From an uncultured Hormoscilla sp. (GTDB lineage Bacteria; Cyanobacteriota; Cyanobacteriia; Cyanobacteriales; Desertifilaceae), in assembly GCA_963921275.4 (NCBI GenBank), contig OZ001293.3:4064001-4128000 (forward strand): a DNA stretch of 64,000 bases. The letters are read 5' to 3'. Every line of letters starts with the position of its first letter. Position 1 is the stretch's first letter. The translations under genes were made by a program, and so were the position numbers. This document shows, piece after piece, positions 23,641-33,675 of the stretch. The notes below the pieces were generated by a model that saw only the letters and a program-made list of their open reading frames with translations, did no database searches and was not told where the DNA came from.

Positions 23641-23904
23641 GGGCAATTACCCACAATTTGTGAACCTGGGACTTTCATCATCTAGAGTGGAACGCAAAAC
23701 TCAACCGGGTGTTGGGGTGTTGGGTTTCGTGCCTCAACCCAACCTACAGGTGATGCAATTTTTATTATGGGCATTTAATCTGACATGATATTATTAGTCG
23801 GTTGAAACAGACTTGAGTCGCGTTCCCTGGCTCCCGCCAGGGAACGCGGGTGTTTGAAGCCCCGGCGGTCTGACAGCGAAGTGAAGGATTTTAAACTTCC
23901 AAAA

Positions 23905-24900
23905 ATGTTTATTAACTGTGCCACACAACACCGCAAGACAAGGGGAGGTCGATTAATCCTTGCCTTTAGCCTGAGTCTTCTGAGTCTATATCTTCAGGAT
24001 GGGACGACCCTAGCAGCAGTTCCGTCCCAAGCGATCGCCTAAACTTCGACTGGGTTAACTGTCTCTTCAGTTGACGCCCAAGGGCTGCACCAGAGGGTGG
24101 CCCAACTTTCACAGCCTGCTCCAAAACCGACTGGTACTTTTTTACAAGGTCAAGTGACCTCTGTCAACCAGCTCGTAGATGTACGGCCCACAGACTGGGC
24201 TTTTCAAGCTCTTCAGTCTTTAGTCGAGCGCTATAGCGCGATCGCGGGCTATCCCAACGGCCTGTTTGGAGGCAACCGAGCCATCACCCGTTACGAGTTT
24301 GCTGCTGGACTGAACTCAGCCCTCGATCGCATTAACGAACTGATCGCCGCAGGTCTAGCAGAGCGAATCGCTCGGGAAGATGTGGTAGTATTGCAGCGAC
24401 TCCAGGAGGAATTCGCGGCTGAATTAGCGACCTGGCGTGGGCGAGTAGACGCCCTTGAAGCCCGTACTGCCGAGTTAGAAGCGAATCAGTTTTCGACTAC
24501 TACCGTTCTCAAGGGTCTACTCGTCCTTGCTATTAATCAGGGAGGGTTTGCGGGCGATCGCATTTTGAGTGCGACAGGGGCAGAAATTACCACCGACGAT
24601 CCCAATGCCACAATTCTCTATCGAGCTTCTCTGAACTTCAACACCAGCTTTACTGGCACGGACCTGCTGAGAATTATCTTAGATTTCGCTAGCAATGGTC
24701 CTTTTGATAATGTCGCAGGAGTTCTAGAGCCTAGCTTTGGCAGCATTTTGGGCTTCACTGTTAAACCCCCCACAACACAGGCCCTCAGTCGGCTGCACTA
24801 CGATTTTACCCCCTTGAAGGACTTGAGGGTTTCTCTCGGTCCCGCGATCGTGTCTACAGACTACATCGATCGCAATAGCTACGCTAAATGGAGAATGTAA
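23905..24900 (+). pseudogene. SLH-domain OprB-type (iron uptake) porin, broken
   Basis: QVTSVNQLVDVRPTDWAFQALQSLVERY, TRYEFAAGLN, QFSTTT; signal-peptide part separated by stop at 24040-24042 and barrel truncated at 24900. Confidence 0.85.
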
Positions 24901-25066
24901 TCTATAGCCGAGATGTTTTAGCTAAGTGTTGCGAAGAAACTCAGGTGGTGGGAGAGTTGTAAGTTGCTAATCCTAAATCAGTTCTAGAGTCAAAACCAGA
25001 TTCACAAGCTGCTTTAGAATTTGAAGCCCTAGGCGAAGAAGTCTTACAGAAAATCGGAATGGATGC

Positions 25067-25750
25067 ATGCAAAAATTAATGCCTTCACTTATTGCGGTCA
25101 AAAAAATTAAATCCCAGGAGCCTCGCGATCGCTTTCCCGCAGAAGATTTAGAAAGTGCCGCACAACTGAGTTTAGCAGCTAGCGGGTTGATTAATCCGAT
25201 TATCCTGCGCCGCACCAGTTTGCAATCCTACGAAGTGGTTGATGGGCATTTTGAATACTATATTGCAGTCAGGGCCAGAGAAATAGATCCCCGCAAAGGT
25301 GAGACGATCGGGGCATTTATTCTGGAACCGTCCAATTCCGAAGCGATTCTAGAATAAATAAAAGCACTCAGACAGGAAGGAAAGAAAGTGGATATTCCCC
25401 CAGTTCATCCGCCGGAACATTCGATGGAAACGGTTACAGAAATGGCAGTGACTGCTTTAAGTGAGGAAATCAAACAGATTAAATGTTTGGTGAAAATCTG
25501 GAAACCCGTTTTCAGGAGAATGTCGAATTTCTGACTCAAAAAATTGAAACTACCTCGGTCGAGCAAAATCTTTTCGTGGGGATAGAAAAACTTTTCGATC
25601 GCCAACTATAGGCCCTTCGCAATGAAGTTAAGACAGGAAGCGAGTCGCTGCTACTTCAAAAACCAGCTATCGGAAGATGACAGTTGGCGAACTCAAAGCA
25701 TTGGCGAAAAAGCAAGGGATAAGCGGTTATTCTCGCATGAAAAAGCCGAT
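25067..25750 (+). pseudogene. ParB-like N-terminal domain protein with C-terminal Rho-N domain, decayed
   Basis: GLINPIILRR..YEVVDGHFEY; stop at 25357; later fragment MTVGELKALAKKQGISGYSRMKK from ~25677. Confidence 0.7.
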
Positions 25751-25840
25751 CTCCGTAATAAAAAATGTGTCACCAGAATGCTAAATAGCATCGCCCCTTG
25801 ACAAGAACCAAAATTTAGGATAGAATAGAATTAGGACTAG

Positions 25841-26059
25841 ATGAGGTATGGAGAAATGGAGAAGTACATATTGCTGCGCATCAAATCCATTCAAAGAGAA
25901 TTGGATGAATTAAGAAAGATCCTGGAACGGAAGGTAGAAGGGAAGCCGCCGCGCCAGATAAAATTAGAAGGATTGTGGGCGGGCCTTGAGGTGACAGATG
26001 AGGAATTAGAGGAGGCGAAGCGGGAGGTTTTTCGAGATGCTTATCAACTAAAAGAGTGA
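25841..26059 (+). CDS. Putative antitoxin of a VapBC-type pair
   Basis: Small charged ORF ending 5 nt upstream of the PIN gene; IKLEGLWAG motif. Confidence 0.65.
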   Translation: MRYGEMEKYILLRIKSIQRELDELRKILERKVEGKPPRQIKLEGLWAGLEVTDEELEEAKREVFRDAYQLKE

Positions 26060-26064
26060 GGTAA

Positions 26065-26463
26065 ATGATGGAAGTTTATGTAGTCGATAGTCATGCTTTA
26101 CTCTGGTTCCTGACTCGAAACCAAAAATTATCACCGGTGGCAAGGCAAATTCTCAAACAAGCTGAAATTGGAGAGGTTATGGCTTTCGTCCCCACCATAG
26201 TTTTAGCTGAACTTGACAACATTGTTCGCAAGAAAAACCTGGGAATTACTATTGAGGAAATACTCGACCGAATTGCACAAGGTGATGGGTTGGAGATCGC
26301 GGCCTTCGACTTAACTGTTTTCCAGACAGTGCTGAGATTACCACAAAATTGGGAAATTCACGATCGAATAATTGCAGCTACAGCCCTTTACTTGGAAGCA
26401 AAGCTGATTACAAGAGATGAAGTTTTGCGAAATGCGGATGAACTGGAAACAGCATGGGACTGA
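26065..26463 (+). CDS. vapC: PIN-domain (VapC) toxin
   Basis: YVVDSHALLW, VLAE, IHDRIIAATA, LITRD. Confidence 0.9.
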   Translation: MMEVYVVDSHALLWFLTRNQKLSPVARQILKQAEIGEVMAFVPTIVLAELDNIVRKKNLGITIEEILDRIAQGDGLEIAAFDLTVFQTVLRLPQNWEIHDRIIAATALYLEAKLITRDEVLRNADELETAWD

Positions 26464-27001
26464 GGCAAAATATATCAGTTTTCACCTGTATGAGGTACAG
26501 CCTAAACAATGCCTGACCAGTGATAGCCGATGATTATGAACCTGCGCTAGCGGTTAAACCCCTGGCAAGGGTCCAGCAGCAGGGTTGAAACCACTGGCAA
26601 CAGGTAAGGACGAATCTCTGGGAAGTATCTGCTTGACATGGAACAGAATGATGTGTTTAAGTTAGTAGAGGTTAGACTTGTTTGGCGGCCCAAAGGCTTC
26701 AGGCGAGCAGTATGGCGATCGCGATGGGACTGGCGACGAAGCCTTGCCGGTAGTGGTCAAGATGTAGTGATTTGACTGCGGGGAGCCCTGGGTTTCAGCG
26801 GCTAAAATCACGACTTGTGACGCACTACCCACGGTTTCTCGAACCAAATTTAAGTAGGTGGACAAAAATATTTACACATTCCTACGTTGGCTTAACTGCG
26901 ATGGTGGTGGGCGGTGCCCACCCTACGTTTCTCGAAACCAAATTTATTGGAGCAATCCGCGCTCAGTGGGCTCCAGATTAATGATAAAAAGGATTCTCTA
27001 A

Positions 27002-27613
27002 ATGGCTGATTTTTGGCATAATTGTAATTCGCAAACCTGTATGGGTCTTCCAGAAATTTCAGGCAGGCAGCGTTTTCGGTTGGGTGTGATGTTGGTGGCA
27101 ATCTTGCTATTTGCGATCGTGGAATGGTTGGCAGGGTACTGGAGTCATAGCCTGGCCCTGCGATCGGATGCTTGGCACATGGTTGCAGATTCGGGCGCCA
27201 TTTTACTGGCTTTAAGTGCGAGTTTGTTGATGCGCTTGGCCAATGTTGGTCGCCTACCAGGACAGCCTCGCTTGGATGCGATCGCGGCTTTTTTGAATAG
27301 CCTGGCATTGATTCTGATGGCGGGATTGATCGCTACTGAAGCGATTCAGCACTTGATAGAACCTCCACAGCAGATCCTGAGTGGACCAATGTTTGTGACC
27401 GCAGCGAGCGGCCTTGCTATTAATGCGATCGGGATTGTGATGCTGCATGAAAATAGCCAAAATAATCTGAATGTGCGGGGGGCTTTTCTACATATGTTAG
27501 CAGATTTAGTCAGTTCCGTGGGAGTCATGGTCGCGGCGCTCGCCATTTATCTGTTCCAATGCTTTTGGTTAGATGGTGCGATCGGCTTACTCATCTCCCT
27601 ATTCATTGCTTAA
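27002..27613 (+). CDS. Cation diffusion facilitator transporter, possibly truncated by premature stop
   Basis: SLALRSDAWHMVAD, NLNVRGAFLHMLAD; TAA falls inside the last TM helix and the frame continues SAIPLLK... to ~27775. Confidence 0.8.
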   Translation: MADFWHNCNSQTCMGLPEISGRQRFRLGVMLVAILLFAIVEWLAGYWSHSLALRSDAWHMVADSGAILLALSASLLMRLANVGRLPGQPRLDAIAAFLNSLALILMAGLIATEAIQHLIEPPQQILSGPMFVTAASGLAINAIGIVMLHENSQNNLNVRGAFLHMLADLVSSVGVMVAALAIYLFQCFWLDGAIGLLISLFIA

Positions 27614-27752
27614 AGTGCCATTCCTTTGCTAAAGTTAAGCAGGGAACAATGGAACAAGCCATCACTTCCTTTCAATAGCTTGATGATGCCAGAGATTGGT
27701 CGAACAAATATTGCGGATTTGATCGTTGATACGCCCTCTAAAAATACCGATA

Positions 27753-28931
27753 GTGAAAATAAAACATCACAATAACTCAGAACTATGTCGGGAGATCGCG
27801 CAACGCATCGCCGAAACTCCCCAAAATCGGATTACATTTGCGGAGTACATGGATTTAGTGCTATATCACCTCCAGCAAGGTTATTATAGCAGTAACCAAG
27901 TCAAGATCGGCAAGCAGGGAGACTTTTTTACTTCCGCAAATCTCGGTGCGGACTTAGGGGAACTCTTAGCAGTCCAATTTGCCGAAATGTGGGAGATCCT
28001 AGCACGACCAACTCCTTTTATCTTAGTGGAAATGGGTGCCGGGGAAGGACTAATGGCCGCCGATATCTTACAATACCTTCAGCAAAAGCATCCAGACTGC
28101 TTGGCGGTACTGGAATACACGATCGTGGAAAAAGCAACAGGGTTGTCCGCAACACAACAGCAACGCTTGCAAAACTGGCCGGGGGAGAAAGTTCGCTGGT
28201 GCAGTTGGGAGGAAATTCCGCCCAACTCGGTGACTGGCTGTTTTTTCTGTAATGAATTGCTTGACGCCTTCCCCGTCCATCAGATTATCAGAGAAAATGG
28301 ACAGCCCAGAGAAATTTATGTTACCATTGGCCAGGACGATCGGTTTGTGGAAGTCATCGGCGAACTTTCCACCCCCCAGCTAGAAGCATATTTGGCATTA
28401 GTCGGAATTAACTTAACAGGAGATAATTACCCAGAAGGTTATCGCAGCGAGGTCAATCTCGCAGCATTAGACTGGGTAAAGACAGTAGCATCTTCCTTAA
28501 GGCGGGGATATCTGCTGGCGATCGACTATGGTTACAGGGCCGATCGATACTATCACCCCCAGAGGAGTTCGGGCACCTTACAATGCTACTATCGCCACCA
28601 GCGCCATCACAATCCTTATCTAAATGTAGGACATCAAGATATCACGGCTCATGTAGATTTTACGGCCCTGGAGCGCCAAGGCCAATTGAGCGGCCTGGAA
28701 AAACTGGGTTTTACCCAACAGGGATTATTTCTCATGGCTCTCGGATTGGGAGATCGCCTGCATGGACTCTCTACTGCTAAGATGGGGAGAGAACAAGTAT
28801 TGCAGCGTCGCGATGCCCTCCACCAGTTGATAGACCCAATGGGATTGGGCGGTTTTGGGGTTTTGGTCCAGACTAAGGGACTCTCTGAAGTGGAAAAGGC
28901 GCGATCGCTCCTGGGTTTAAGCATACCTTAA
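27753..28931 (+). CDS. SAM-dependent methyltransferase, MidA/NDUFAF7 family
   Basis: ITFAEYMDLVLY, GDFFTS, VEMGAGEG, NELLDAFP, IDYG, QDITAHVDF; start uncertain. Confidence 0.9.
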   Translation: MKIKHHNNSELCREIAQRIAETPQNRITFAEYMDLVLYHLQQGYYSSNQVKIGKQGDFFTSANLGADLGELLAVQFAEMWEILARPTPFILVEMGAGEGLMAADILQYLQQKHPDCLAVLEYTIVEKATGLSATQQQRLQNWPGEKVRWCSWEEIPPNSVTGCFFCNELLDAFPVHQIIRENGQPREIYVTIGQDDRFVEVIGELSTPQLEAYLALVGINLTGDNYPEGYRSEVNLAALDWVKTVASSLRRGYLLAIDYGYRADRYYHPQRSSGTLQCYYRHQRHHNPYLNVGHQDITAHVDFTALERQGQLSGLEKLGFTQQGLFLMALGLGDRLHGLSTAKMGREQVLQRRDALHQLIDPMGLGGFGVLVQTKGLSEVEKARSLLGLSIP

Positions 28932-28994
28932 GGCAGCCGCCTGATCGCGCCTTGCTAGAATTGTAGTTGTAGAATCTGCTATAGTGGGGGAAAG

Positions 28995-29300
28995 ATGAAT
29001 AATAAAGACGATCGGGAATGGCAGCGCAAGCTCCAACAAATGGAAGCCCAAATAAATTCCCAGTTCTCGCCAGAGTTGAAGAGCAAGGTTTCGAGGATGT
29101 CTGAGAAATTAGTCAGCTGGTATCGAGAATTGCCTAGCGTCGGCAAGTTTGCAGTCATTGGCGCGGCGCTATTCATGGGGTTGACAGTCTTGAATATGTT
29201 CGTGCATCTGATGGCCAGTCTGGTGAGTATGGCCTTTCTAGCAGTCCTAGTTTACATAGTCTACAAGATTTTCTTGGCAGATAATCCATCGTCAAATTAA
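28995..29300 (+). CDS. Small hypothetical membrane protein
   Basis: Coiled-coil N-terminus plus two hydrophobic helices. Confidence 0.7.
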   Translation: MNNKDDREWQRKLQQMEAQINSQFSPELKSKVSRMSEKLVSWYRELPSVGKFAVIGAALFMGLTVLNMFVHLMASLVSMAFLAVLVYIVYKIFLADNPSSN

Positions 29301-29308
29301 AGACTCTT

Positions 29309-29390
29309 AAGCGCTCAAGCGCTTACTACGAACGGGGAAGCGCTCAAGCGCTTACTACGAACGGGGAAGCGCTCAAGCGCTTACTACGAA
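29309..29390. repeat. 29-bp tandem repeat x~3 (AAGCGCTCAAGCGCTTACTACGAACGGGG)
   Basis: Direct tandem copies, each with an AAGCGCT/AGCGCTT mini-hairpin. Confidence 0.9.
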
Positions 29391-29446
29391 AGGGTATTGA
29401 CAAAGGGGAAATTTTTAGCTACCAAGAGAAAAATATAGACAGACCT

Positions 29447-31567
29447 ATGGCAAGCCCCACCGTGACGACCGGCAAAAACCAACCAGATAAACCCCTCCTG
29501 CGCATCCCGAAACCGCCACTTGCCATCAGACGACTCGGTGCTTGGGTGGTGGAAGTCTCCCTACTCGCAGCTACGGGTGTGGTTCCTTTCAAACTCGGGG
29601 AGTATACTAGGGTTCACTTCACCTCAGAACAAGTCCCCCTTAATCCTGTCCTGGTCTCAACATCCGAGGCAATCGCCCAAACTCTAGCACAGCCGGTCAC
29701 TTCCCGGGAGCGCCAAGTATCCCCCCTCACTAACTTATTTTGGTCTGTAGCTCTGGCCACGCCGATACTCCTGGCTAGCTGGCAACTGTTCTTACTCAGC
29801 ACGACTGGTCAAACATCCCCCAAGCGCTGGTTCGGCGTCCGGGTCATCGCTGCTAGCGGCGAACATCCAGGTATAATTAGAGCATTTGTCCGGGAAGCGA
29901 TCGGACGCTGGGGATTGCCGGTAGGCACGGCCTATGCGATCTGGCGCTACAGTGGAGCCTTTCCTAACCTGGAAATATTAGCAGGGGTGGTCGGAGTATT
30001 CATGCTGGTAGAAGCCCTCAGCGGTCCCTTAAACCGTCACCGACGGGCAATGCATGATCGCCTAGCTGATACTTACGTGGTTTCCGAACAGGTTGTGATC
30101 GCTCCTGATGATGATAGTATGACAGAGGCGATCGTCCTGACACCAGAGTCCATCAGTAGCAGGCGGAGTCTGTGGAACTGGATGCGCCAACACCCGGGGA
30201 TGACTTTACTGATAGTCTCCGTCGCGGGGATGACATCCGTCTTAGGAACCTTCGTCGGGACTCAGATCTATATCCAAAGTCAAGAAAGTCTCCGAGAGTT
30301 TCGCCGCCGAAACGACCAAGTCTATCTGCAACTGGTTGATAAGTTAAATCCAGATTCGCCACAAGCAGCAGCGGAGCGACGGGAAGCAATTATCGCACTC
30401 GGCACCATCGACGACCCCCGAGCCCTGCAATTTTTAGTCGATCTACTGCTGCAAGAACATTCCCTTAAAAACATCGACGCCGTTCAACAAGCTTTATTCA
30501 GTAGCGGACCTGGGGCCCTCCCCTACCTCCAACGCGCTAATCAAGCTCTCTTAAATGATATTGCTGCTATTAAACCCGGTAGCAACAGGCAACAGCAAAA
30601 AATTCTCCAACTCCGACTGCGGGCCACTAAACAGGCGATCGCGAAAATCCTCAATATTTATAGCGATCGCACTCACGATGCCGATCTGAGTCGGGCACAC
30701 CTAGGAAAAACCAGGGATCCGATGCCCTTCACCCTGATCCTGGACCAAACCGATCTATCGGGAATTAACTTCCGAGGAGCGATCCTCTCCAATGCCAGTT
30801 TCAAATATAGTCGCTTCTATGGAGCAGGAGCAGACGAGCACCTAGGAACCTTCGATGATTGGATAGCGGACCTCAGCGGTGCCAACCTGCAAGACTCTAA
30901 CTTGAGCGGCGCGGTGCTACAGAACGTAGACATCATTCGTACCAACCTGATCCGTGCCAAGCTCAACCAAGCTAACCTCAAGGGCGCGCGCTTGAACGGC
31001 GCTAACCTCAGCAGTGCCCAATTAATAGGAGCATCTTTAGAAAAAGCAGTCTTAGAAAATGCCAAACTCACGGGGGCCGATCTAGACGAGACCAACCTAG
31101 AATGGGCGAATTTAAGCGGCGCGAGGATGGTACAAGTGAAAGGGGTAGCTGCTAAGTTCAAATTTGCGGACTTGAGCAAAACGGAGTGGCAAGGAGCAGA
31201 CCTGTCTGGGGCAGACTTGAGTAATACGAAACTGGAAAATGCTGACCTGAACGCGGCGAAGCTGACTGGCGCTAACATGAGCAAGGCGGTGCTAAAGAAT
31301 GTGAGTCTGCGGAATGCGGACATAACACTTGTAGATTTCCGGGGCGCAACCCTGACGGAAGTTGATTTTAAGGGAGCAATTTTTGCTGACCCGAATATTT
31401 CGGTAGAAGAGATTTCTCAGGAGATGGAATTCCTGAAAAAAGCACCTGCTGGTTCGACAGCAGCTCTTTTGAGTGGGGTGGACTTCACCAATGCCAAAAA
31501 TTTAGATGCGAATCAACTCAGCTATATTTGTTCAAAAGGGGCGATTCATCCCCAATGTCCTCTATAA
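29447..31567 (+). CDS. RDD-domain membrane protein with HEAT-like and pentapeptide repeats
   Basis: RRLGAW...GQTSPKRWFGVRV...HDRLADTYVV RDD domain; A(D/N)LxxA pentapeptide tract. Confidence 0.88.
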   Translation: MASPTVTTGKNQPDKPLLRIPKPPLAIRRLGAWVVEVSLLAATGVVPFKLGEYTRVHFTSEQVPLNPVLVSTSEAIAQTLAQPVTSRERQVSPLTNLFWSVALATPILLASWQLFLLSTTGQTSPKRWFGVRVIAASGEHPGIIRAFVREAIGRWGLPVGTAYAIWRYSGAFPNLEILAGVVGVFMLVEALSGPLNRHRRAMHDRLADTYVVSEQVVIAPDDDSMTEAIVLTPESISSRRSLWNWMRQHPGMTLLIVSVAGMTSVLGTFVGTQIYIQSQESLREFRRRNDQVYLQLVDKLNPDSPQAAAERREAIIALGTIDDPRALQFLVDLLLQEHSLKNIDAVQQALFSSGPGALPYLQRANQALLNDIAAIKPGSNRQQQKILQLRLRATKQAIAKILNIYSDRTHDADLSRAHLGKTRDPMPFTLILDQTDLSGINFRGAILSNASFKYSRFYGAGADEHLGTFDDWIADLSGANLQDSNLSGAVLQNVDIIRTNLIRAKLNQANLKGARLNGANLSSAQLIGASLEKAVLENAKLTGADLDETNLEWANLSGARMVQVKGVAAKFKFADLSKTEWQGADLSGADLSNTKLENADLNAAKLTGANMSKAVLKNVSLRNADITLVDFRGATLTEVDFKGAIFADPNISVEEISQEMEFLKKAPAGSTAALLSGVDFTNAKNLDANQLSYICSKGAIHPQCPL

Positions 31568-31606
31568 TTTGAATTAAGAAACCAGGTTTCTGGGTTACGA
31601 TTGCCC

Positions 31607-32596
31607 TTAGCGTGACTCAACCTCCGACAACCAATTCAACAAATCCTCCAGACTGTTGAACTCGAAAATATCCTCGATTAATGCTTCCAAATCTGACAGC
31701 GACAAACTTTCAACTTGACTGTTGATTTCCGCTGTCAATTCTCCAAATCGCTTTTTGAGCAGACGCATTGCCAAAGCGCACGCTTCATCAATAATACCTT
31801 CTTCGCGCCCTTCTGCACGGCCTTCTTCGCGCCCTTCTGCACGGCTTTCTTCCAATGCTTCTTTCCGTGCTTCCTCTCTTGCATACTGTATCCGCCCTAT
31901 CTCATCTTGCCACTGAATGGCGCGACGATTTACTGCCTCTGCTTCTTCCGGTGTCATGTTCGCTAGCTTTGCTATCCTTGAGGCTTTTTCTATTGCTGCA
32001 ATCTCTCCTAAATTCTCTGGGATTTCCTCGAACTCTGACGCCTGCTTGATGAAATAAATCCATTTCTCTGCTAAAGTAGTCAGGTCTTTCAACTCTTTTT
32101 CAAATCTCGGCAATTCGACAAAGATTAGCTGCAATTCGTGTTCGGGATACGCTGAGGAGTCTTCTTCATCTTTGAACTGGAATTTATGAATTACTTTCTG
32201 GCTTTGATGGAACAGAATAAAATCTGTTCCTGTGACGGAAATCACTGGGGATATCTTCAGGTAATAGTCTCCTGATGTTAACTGATTTGCATAGGCTTTG
32301 CACATGTTGTATATTACCCGCTTGTGAAATGCTGATACCCGTGCTATTTGCATTTCAATTAATACCATTTCATCATTCTGTAGTATAGCTCGGACATCCA
32401 AGTAACTTTCCTTTAATGTCTCTACCTCACCCGGGTTGTAAGGATTGACAATGGTTAAGCTGGAAATTACGCTTTCTCCATTGTAGACGATCGCATTCAA
32501 GAAACTTATCAGAATATCTTCACTTTGGTCGGAGCCAAATATTTTTTTGAAGGCAAAATCGACTTTGGGACTAATGAAGGTTTTCTTGGCTATCAC
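31607..32596 (-). CDS. Rpn family PD-(D/E)XK nuclease / putative transposase with DUF4351-like C-terminus
   Basis: FISPKVDFAFKKIFG, LDVRA, LIEMQ, AEGREEGR repeats, RLLKKRFGEL...DLLNWL. Confidence 0.88.
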   Translation of the reverse strand: MIAKKTFISPKVDFAFKKIFGSDQSEDILISFLNAIVYNGESVISSLTIVNPYNPGEVETLKESYLDVRAILQNDEMVLIEMQIARVSAFHKRVIYNMCKAYANQLTSGDYYLKISPVISVTGTDFILFHQSQKVIHKFQFKDEEDSSAYPEHELQLIFVELPRFEKELKDLTTLAEKWIYFIKQASEFEEIPENLGEIAAIEKASRIAKLANMTPEEAEAVNRRAIQWQDEIGRIQYAREEARKEALEESRAEGREEGRAEGREEGIIDEACALAMRLLKKRFGELTAEINSQVESLSLSDLEALIEDIFEFNSLEDLLNWLSEVESR

Positions 32597-32776
32597 TTTT
32601 TTCTCCTTATTTTATCGGTTCGGCGATTCCTGTCAAGCTTGCTCCACGCTCTGACGCTTAACTGACTATACTATATTAACACATGGAAGTAGTGCTATTC
32701 TTTGCCTAGACACCGGTGCTAGCCTGGGGCAAGAGCGTAGGGCTCACTCCCGCCCCAATACTTCTCGGTAATAACC

Positions 32777-32847
32777 TGTCATTGCGAGGGGGGAAGCTCA
32801 AACCGAGATTGTAGGGATCGCCCCAGGATCCCCCCCTCGCAATGACA
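32777..32847. repeat. Palindromic repeat TGTCATTGCGAGGGGGG...CCCCCCTCGCAATGACA
   Basis: Inverted repeat, same core as 61142-61271. Confidence 0.8.
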
Positions 32848-32999
32848 AATAAGTTTTTTTTCGCTATATCAACGATATTGGTCTCTGCCGTTGTGCTTAA
32901 CCGAGAGGTATTGACTCCCGCCCGCGCTAACTGTATGATAGAGAACAATGAACAATGGCTTTCGGTAATTTTTAATTTTGCATTGCTTCAGAGGTAAAG

Positions 33000-33477
33000 A
33001 TGGTACAGACATCCACCAGTCCCAACACCGAAACTAATACGATCGCACTGCCAGGGACAGTAGCACTGAACATCACCCAGGAGCAGTTTGCGGCCCTAGC
33101 AGCAGCAAACCGAGACATGAGACTGGAAAGAACTGCAGAAGGAGAGTTAATAGTGAATCCACCTACAGGCTGGGAAACAGGAGAACGCAACCGCAGCCTT
33201 ACCGGACAACTCGATCGCTGGTACGAAGAGAACGAAAATTTGGGTAAAGCCTTTGACTCATCGACAGGTTTCATTTTACCAAATGGCGCGACTCGCGCCC
33301 CCGATGCTTCTTGGGTTAGTCGAGAACGTTGGGATGCCCTTACTCCCGAACAAAAAGGAACCTTTGCTAATATCTGCCCTGATTTTATTGTTGAGTTACG
33401 GTCTAGTTCCAATCGGCTGGGAACCCTGCAAGCTAAGATGACCGAATACATCAATAATGGCGCCAGACTGGGCTGGC
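33000..33477 (+). pseudogene. Uma2 family endonuclease, C-terminally truncated
   Basis: RLERTAEGELIV, FDSSTGFILPNGA.RAPDASW, PDFIVELRS, GARLGW then breaks off. Confidence 0.85.
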
Positions 33478-33675
33478 AGGGGCGACGGCGGCTTTGCTAG
33501 GGCAGGTTTTTAAGTTGGCAGTCACTCAACCTTGGTTTGGGGCCCAAAATGTGGACGTGACGGCACCGGAATGGTTGCGGGGTGGCTTGCTACTGCCCCT
33601 CGGAAATAATTTTCAACTGTCTTATGTGAGGCTGTTTATAATTGGGCTCACGGTCCTTTGTATTGTCGGCATTTA
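33478..33675 (+). pseudogene. urtB: Internal fragment of urea ABC transporter permease
   Basis: PWFGAQNVDVTAPEWLRGG...RLFIIGLTVLCIVGI resembles cyanobacterial UrtB; fused to Uma2 upstream and cut by the intron downstream. Confidence 0.7.
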
